In this document: one piece after another, positions 59,096-64,000 of the stretch
Layout: each line of letters starts with the position of its first letter
Position numbering within the stretch: position 1 is the stretch's first letter
DNA from: Eledone cirrhosa
Taxonomy: Eukaryota
Length of the DNA stretch: 64,000 nt
Assembly (NCBI GenBank): GCA_964016885.1
Contig: OZ024748.1
Coordinates: forward strand, 38,874,001-38,938,000
Direction of reading: 5' to 3'
Program-made: the position numbers and the translations under genes
Notes under the pieces: generated by a model
The model's database searches: none
What the model saw: only the letters and a program-made list of their open reading frames with translations
Told to the model about the DNA's origin: nothing

Positions 59096-60084
59096 GTATA
59101 TATATATATACGTATTTATTTATTTATATACGTTTATATAATTTTTTATTTGTATACACGCATACACACACATTTATATGTGCGTGGTTTTGTATACCTA
59201 TGGTAAGGTTTTGCGTATGCTTGTGTATGTACGTATTTGTTTGCGTGTATGCATTTATTTATTTCTATTACTTCTGTATTGTATATATATATATATTATT
59301 TGTCTATATCAATACTTTTATGTATATATTATCTATGTCTATATCAATACAACAATACTTATATATGTATATTTATATTTCATTTCTTCTATTGCAGGTC
59401 TATAGAAATTGATGTCAACTTTCAAGAAAGGGATGAACACCCTTAAACCCACGTTTGTTACCCTGCATTCCAGCCAGATGAGAAGTCATTCTCTTCCTGA
59501 CCGGCTCTTATAATTCATTTATGTTGTTGTTGTTATTATTTTTATTACTGTTTTGTTATTGTTGTTGTTGAGAATTTCTTTCAATTTTTTTTTTTCATCC
59601 TACTGTAAAGCATTTAATTAAATACATACATAAATAAATAATTAATTAATTAAATAAAATTCAAAACCAAAACTACCGAAATATTTAATACTCTGGACCC
59701 GTGAATGAAAAATGAAATCTGCTGAAAAATAAATTTTAACATTAGGAGAAAAATAAAAATAAATGACTATTGAACAGCAACAACGTTGTATGACGAAGGA
59801 ACAATGTGTGACATTAAAATACATTTTCATGATTAGTGACATGAAATAAAACAGAAAATATATATTCTAAAAAAACACACAATTAAAACATCGAAAACTA
59901 AAAACACAATAAACCTCAAAAACCAGAGAAAAACACATTTCCAGAAAATGAAGAACAATAATGAAAGAAGTAAAAACTTCGTTTATTTGTTCAAATATTG
60001 GAATTTTTGGACAATTGTTATTTTATTTTATTTGTTTTTGTTTTGGTGACAATGTTGTGTTCTGTATCATAATTCTTGTCATTA

Positions 60085-60148
60085 ATGTTGTTGTTGTTGT
60101 TGTTGTTGTTGGTGCTGCTGGTGTCATTGTTGGTGTTGTTGTTGTTAG

Positions 60149-60179
<31 letters not shown>

Positions 60180-60560
60180 GTCGTTGTTGTCGTTGTTGTT
60201 GTTAGTGTTGTTGTTGGTGGTGGTGGTAGTGCTGGTGTCATTGTTAGTGGTGTCGTTGTTGTTGTTATTGTTGTTAGTGTTGTTGTTGGTGGTGGTGGTT
60301 ATGCTAGTGTCATTGTTAGTGGTGTCGTTGTTGTTGTTGTTGGTGGTGGTGGTGGTGGTGCTGCTGCTGCTGGTGTCATTGTTGTTGTTGTTATTGTTGC
60401 CAGTGTTGTTATTGTTGCCAGTGTTGTTGTTGTTGTTGTCAGTGTTGGTGGTGTCGTTGTTGGTGGTGGTGGTGCGGGTGTCGTTGTTGTTGGTGTTGTT
60501 GTTGTCGTTGTCGTCGTTTTTGTTAGTGTTGTTGTTGTTGTCATTGTTGGTGTTGTTTAT
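60085..60560. repeat. (GTT/GGT)n trinucleotide tract
   Basis: Directly visible. Confidence 0.95.
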
Positions 60561-60697
60561 ATTCTTTGTTAATTGTTTTTGTTATGTTTTTGACATGATT
60601 TTATAAGCCCCCCCCCCCCCCCCTCACCGTTCCCGTCTTTGTATTGTCCTCTTTGTTCGGCCCTTGTGGCCAATAACCATTATTATTCTCATCATAA

Positions 60698-60915
60698 GGG
60701 CGGTGGATTGGCAGAATCAGTAGAGCGCCGGACGCCATGCTTTGCGGCATAGAGTTACGCCCCATTACGTTCTGGGTTCAAATCACGCCGAGGTTAACTT
60801 TGCCTTTCCTCCTTACAGGGTCGGTAAAATAAAGTACCAGTAATGCACTGGGGTAGATTTAACCGACTTTACCTTACCCTCAAATTGTTGGCCTTCTGTC
60901 TAAAGTAGAAATCAT
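60698..60915 (+). mobile_element. Full-length SINE
   Basis: GGGCGGTGGATTGGCAG..GGTTCAAATC..core..GTAGAAATC. Confidence 0.9.
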
Positions 60916-61001
60916 TATTATTATCATCATCATCATACTCATCATAATTACTTATCTTGTTATTGTTGTTGTTGTTATTGTTACTTGTGTTCTGTTGTAT
61001 G

Positions 61002-61049
<48 letters not shown>

Positions 61050-61227
61050 TATCAATTATTATATATATAGGTGTATATGTATATAGTTATATATGTATAT
61101 ATATGTATATATAGGTGTATATAGATAGATATATTTCTGTGTATATATTTGTATATATGTGTATGTATATATGTATGTATATATATATATGTGTATGTAT
61201 ATATGTATGTATGTATATATATATATG

Positions 61228-61966
<739 letters not shown>

Positions 61967-62203
61967 GTGTGTATATATATATATATGTGTGTATATATAT
62001 ATATATATGTGTGTATATATATATATATATATGTGTGTATATATATATATATATATGTGTGTATATATATATATATATATGTATGTATATATATATATAT
62101 ACGTATATATATATATGTATACATGTCTAATATATATATATATGTATGTGTATATATATATATATATATGTGTATACATGTCTAATATATATATATATAT
62201 ATG

Positions 62204-62242
<39 letters not shown>

Positions 62243-62477
62243 ATACATGTCTAATATATATATATATATATGTATACATGTCTAATATATATATATATAT
62301 GTATACATGTCTAATATATATATACACACTCTATAATTATCACTGAAAATAGTCAATGGAAGCCCACTGTTCAAAAGATGACTAAATTACATTGTAAATA
62401 TTGATTACATGCTCTCTTGTTCCCAATGTCAGGTCTCCTTACATAATACGTGGATAGTTTCAATGTCTATATCACAG

Positions 62478-62632
62478 TCTGAGAATCTCGTCTGAGCATC
62501 ACGTCTGAGAATCTCGTCCAAGAATCTCGTCTGAGAATCTCGTCCGAGAATCTCGTCCGAGAATCTCGTCCGAGAATCTCGTCCGAGAATCTCGTCTGAG
62601 AAGCTCGTCCGTGAATCTCCTCTGAGAATCTT
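62478..62632. repeat. 13-bp tandem repeat, about 12 copies
   Basis: GAGAATCTCGTC(C/T) at 62533, 62546, 62559, 62572 and onward. Confidence 0.92.
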
Positions 62633-62736
62633 CATTTAGAATCACCTCTGAGAAGAAATACTTCCATGTTAAACCAAAACACCATATTTTAACATTATTA
62701 AAACTAAAGTTTAACATCGCATTATAAAATATCCAT

Positions 62737-62920
62737 GTGGTGATTGGCAGTATCGGTAGACAGTCGGACGCCATGCTTTCCAGCATAGTTACGTCCCTTT
62801 ATGGTCTGAGTTCAAATCCCGTCGAGGTTAACTTTACCTTTCATCCTTACGGGGTCGATAAAATAAAGTACCAGTAATACACTGTAATTGCTGGCCTTGT
62901 GCCAAAAGTAGAATCAATTA
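62737..62920 (+). mobile_element. Near full-length SINE
   Basis: TGGCAGTATCGGTAGA..GAGTTCAAATCC..GTGCCAAAAGTAGAA. Confidence 0.9.
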
Positions 62921-63194
62921 TTAATATCCATGCGATCTTATTCTATATCTCTTTAGCCCTTTCTCTCTCTCTCTCACTCTCTATCCCTCTCTCTCCCTAT
63001 TCTCCCTCCCTCTCACCCTCCCCGCTCTGCCCCCTCCCTCTCTCTCTCCCTCTCACCCTCACCCTCTGCCCCATCCCTCTTTCTCTCTCTCTCTCTCTCT
63101 TTCCTCTCTCTCTCCCGCACCCCTCCCTCTCACTCTCACTCTCTCCTTCTCTCTCACCCCCCCCCCCCCGAGAAGTAATCTACTGTATTTAAAC

Positions 63195-63298
63195 CTGGAG
63201 AGGAACTCCGCCATGTTTAGGACATGTGTCCTTGAAATGTCAATGTCAACATGGCGTCCCTCCAATCCCCCGGGAGTACGGGACCATGCAATATTGAA
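63195..63298 (-). CDS. Candidate host exon (104 nt): FNIAWSRTPGGLEGRHVDIDISRTHVLNMAEFLS(R)
   Basis: Minus-strand TTTGTACAG| acceptor and CAG|GTTTAA donor. Only one of three frames is open, and the composition is protein-like. Protein not recognised. Confidence 0.45.
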
Positions 63299-63685
63299 CT
63301 GTACAAATATGTCCCCTTTTTATGTTGTTGTTTGGGTATGTTTAACTTTCTTTATTGAATTATATCTTTTAACTCAGACGGAGTGTGATAACATTAAAAT
63401 TATTTGCGTGTTTTTCTAAGGTCCTTACATTCTGAGTAAAAGTATTATATATATATATATATGTGTGTGTGTATACGAATATGCACAAACACACACGCGT
63501 GCAGACGCACATGCACACTTACACAAACGCACACACATATATATATACACATTTTTTATGTATTTATATACGTATACATTTAAGTGATGCATATACTTTT
63601 GAGCGTAAATGTGAGATTTATAAAAATAACTGTATGTATACATATATATATATATATGTATGTATATATATATGTATATATATAC

Positions 63686-63726
<41 letters not shown>

Positions 63727-63816
63727 CATGTATATATATACATATATATATAGGTACATATATGTATGCATATTTATGTATGTATATGTATGTATATATA
63801 TGCATATTTATGTATG

Positions 63817-63847
<31 letters not shown>

Positions 63848-63854
63848 GTATATG

Positions 63855-63886
<32 letters not shown>

Positions 63887-64000
63887 AGTATGTATATATG
63901 TGTATATATGTATGTACATATAAGTATGTATATATGTATATATATATGTATGTATATATAAGTATGTATATATGTGTATATATATATGTATAAATATATA

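Noticed and set aside
60605-60677. Fourth Tx1-like 3' end (TTTGTATTGTCC..GGCCCTTGTGGCCAATAA)
   Set aside because: Plausible but too short and diverged to call, and it lacks the AGAAAC end.

Overview
Eukaryotic, extremely (TA)n/(TG)n-rich, transposon-dominated DNA. It is most likely an octopod cephalopod (inference from repeat content, not confirmed). Nearly all ORFs in the supplied track are microsatellite artefacts. The real coding remnants are three copies of a Tx1-like (L1 clade) LINE, one with a clean 13-bp TSD, and two Penelope-like elements (RT + C-terminal GIY-YIG). One of the latter has an open 5'-truncated ORF between ~1 kb inverted repeats. There are about 20 copies of a tRNA-derived SINE (several with TSDs, one 4x tandem array, one with an internal 43-bp expansion), a ~605-bp dispersed repeat and several minisatellites. 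The most striking unexplained pattern is about a dozen mostly unrelated fold-back (palindromic) cassettes, each embedded in (TA)n. Most carry a one-sided tail with an ACTC...GAGT motif, and several carry or neighbour minimal type I hammerhead ribozymes with a palindromic stem III. This suggests a (TA)n-targeting, ribozyme-bearing, Penelope-dependent system of small elements. A few isolated candidate host exons are visible but no host gene can be named. Coordinates were counted by eye and may be off by a few bases.
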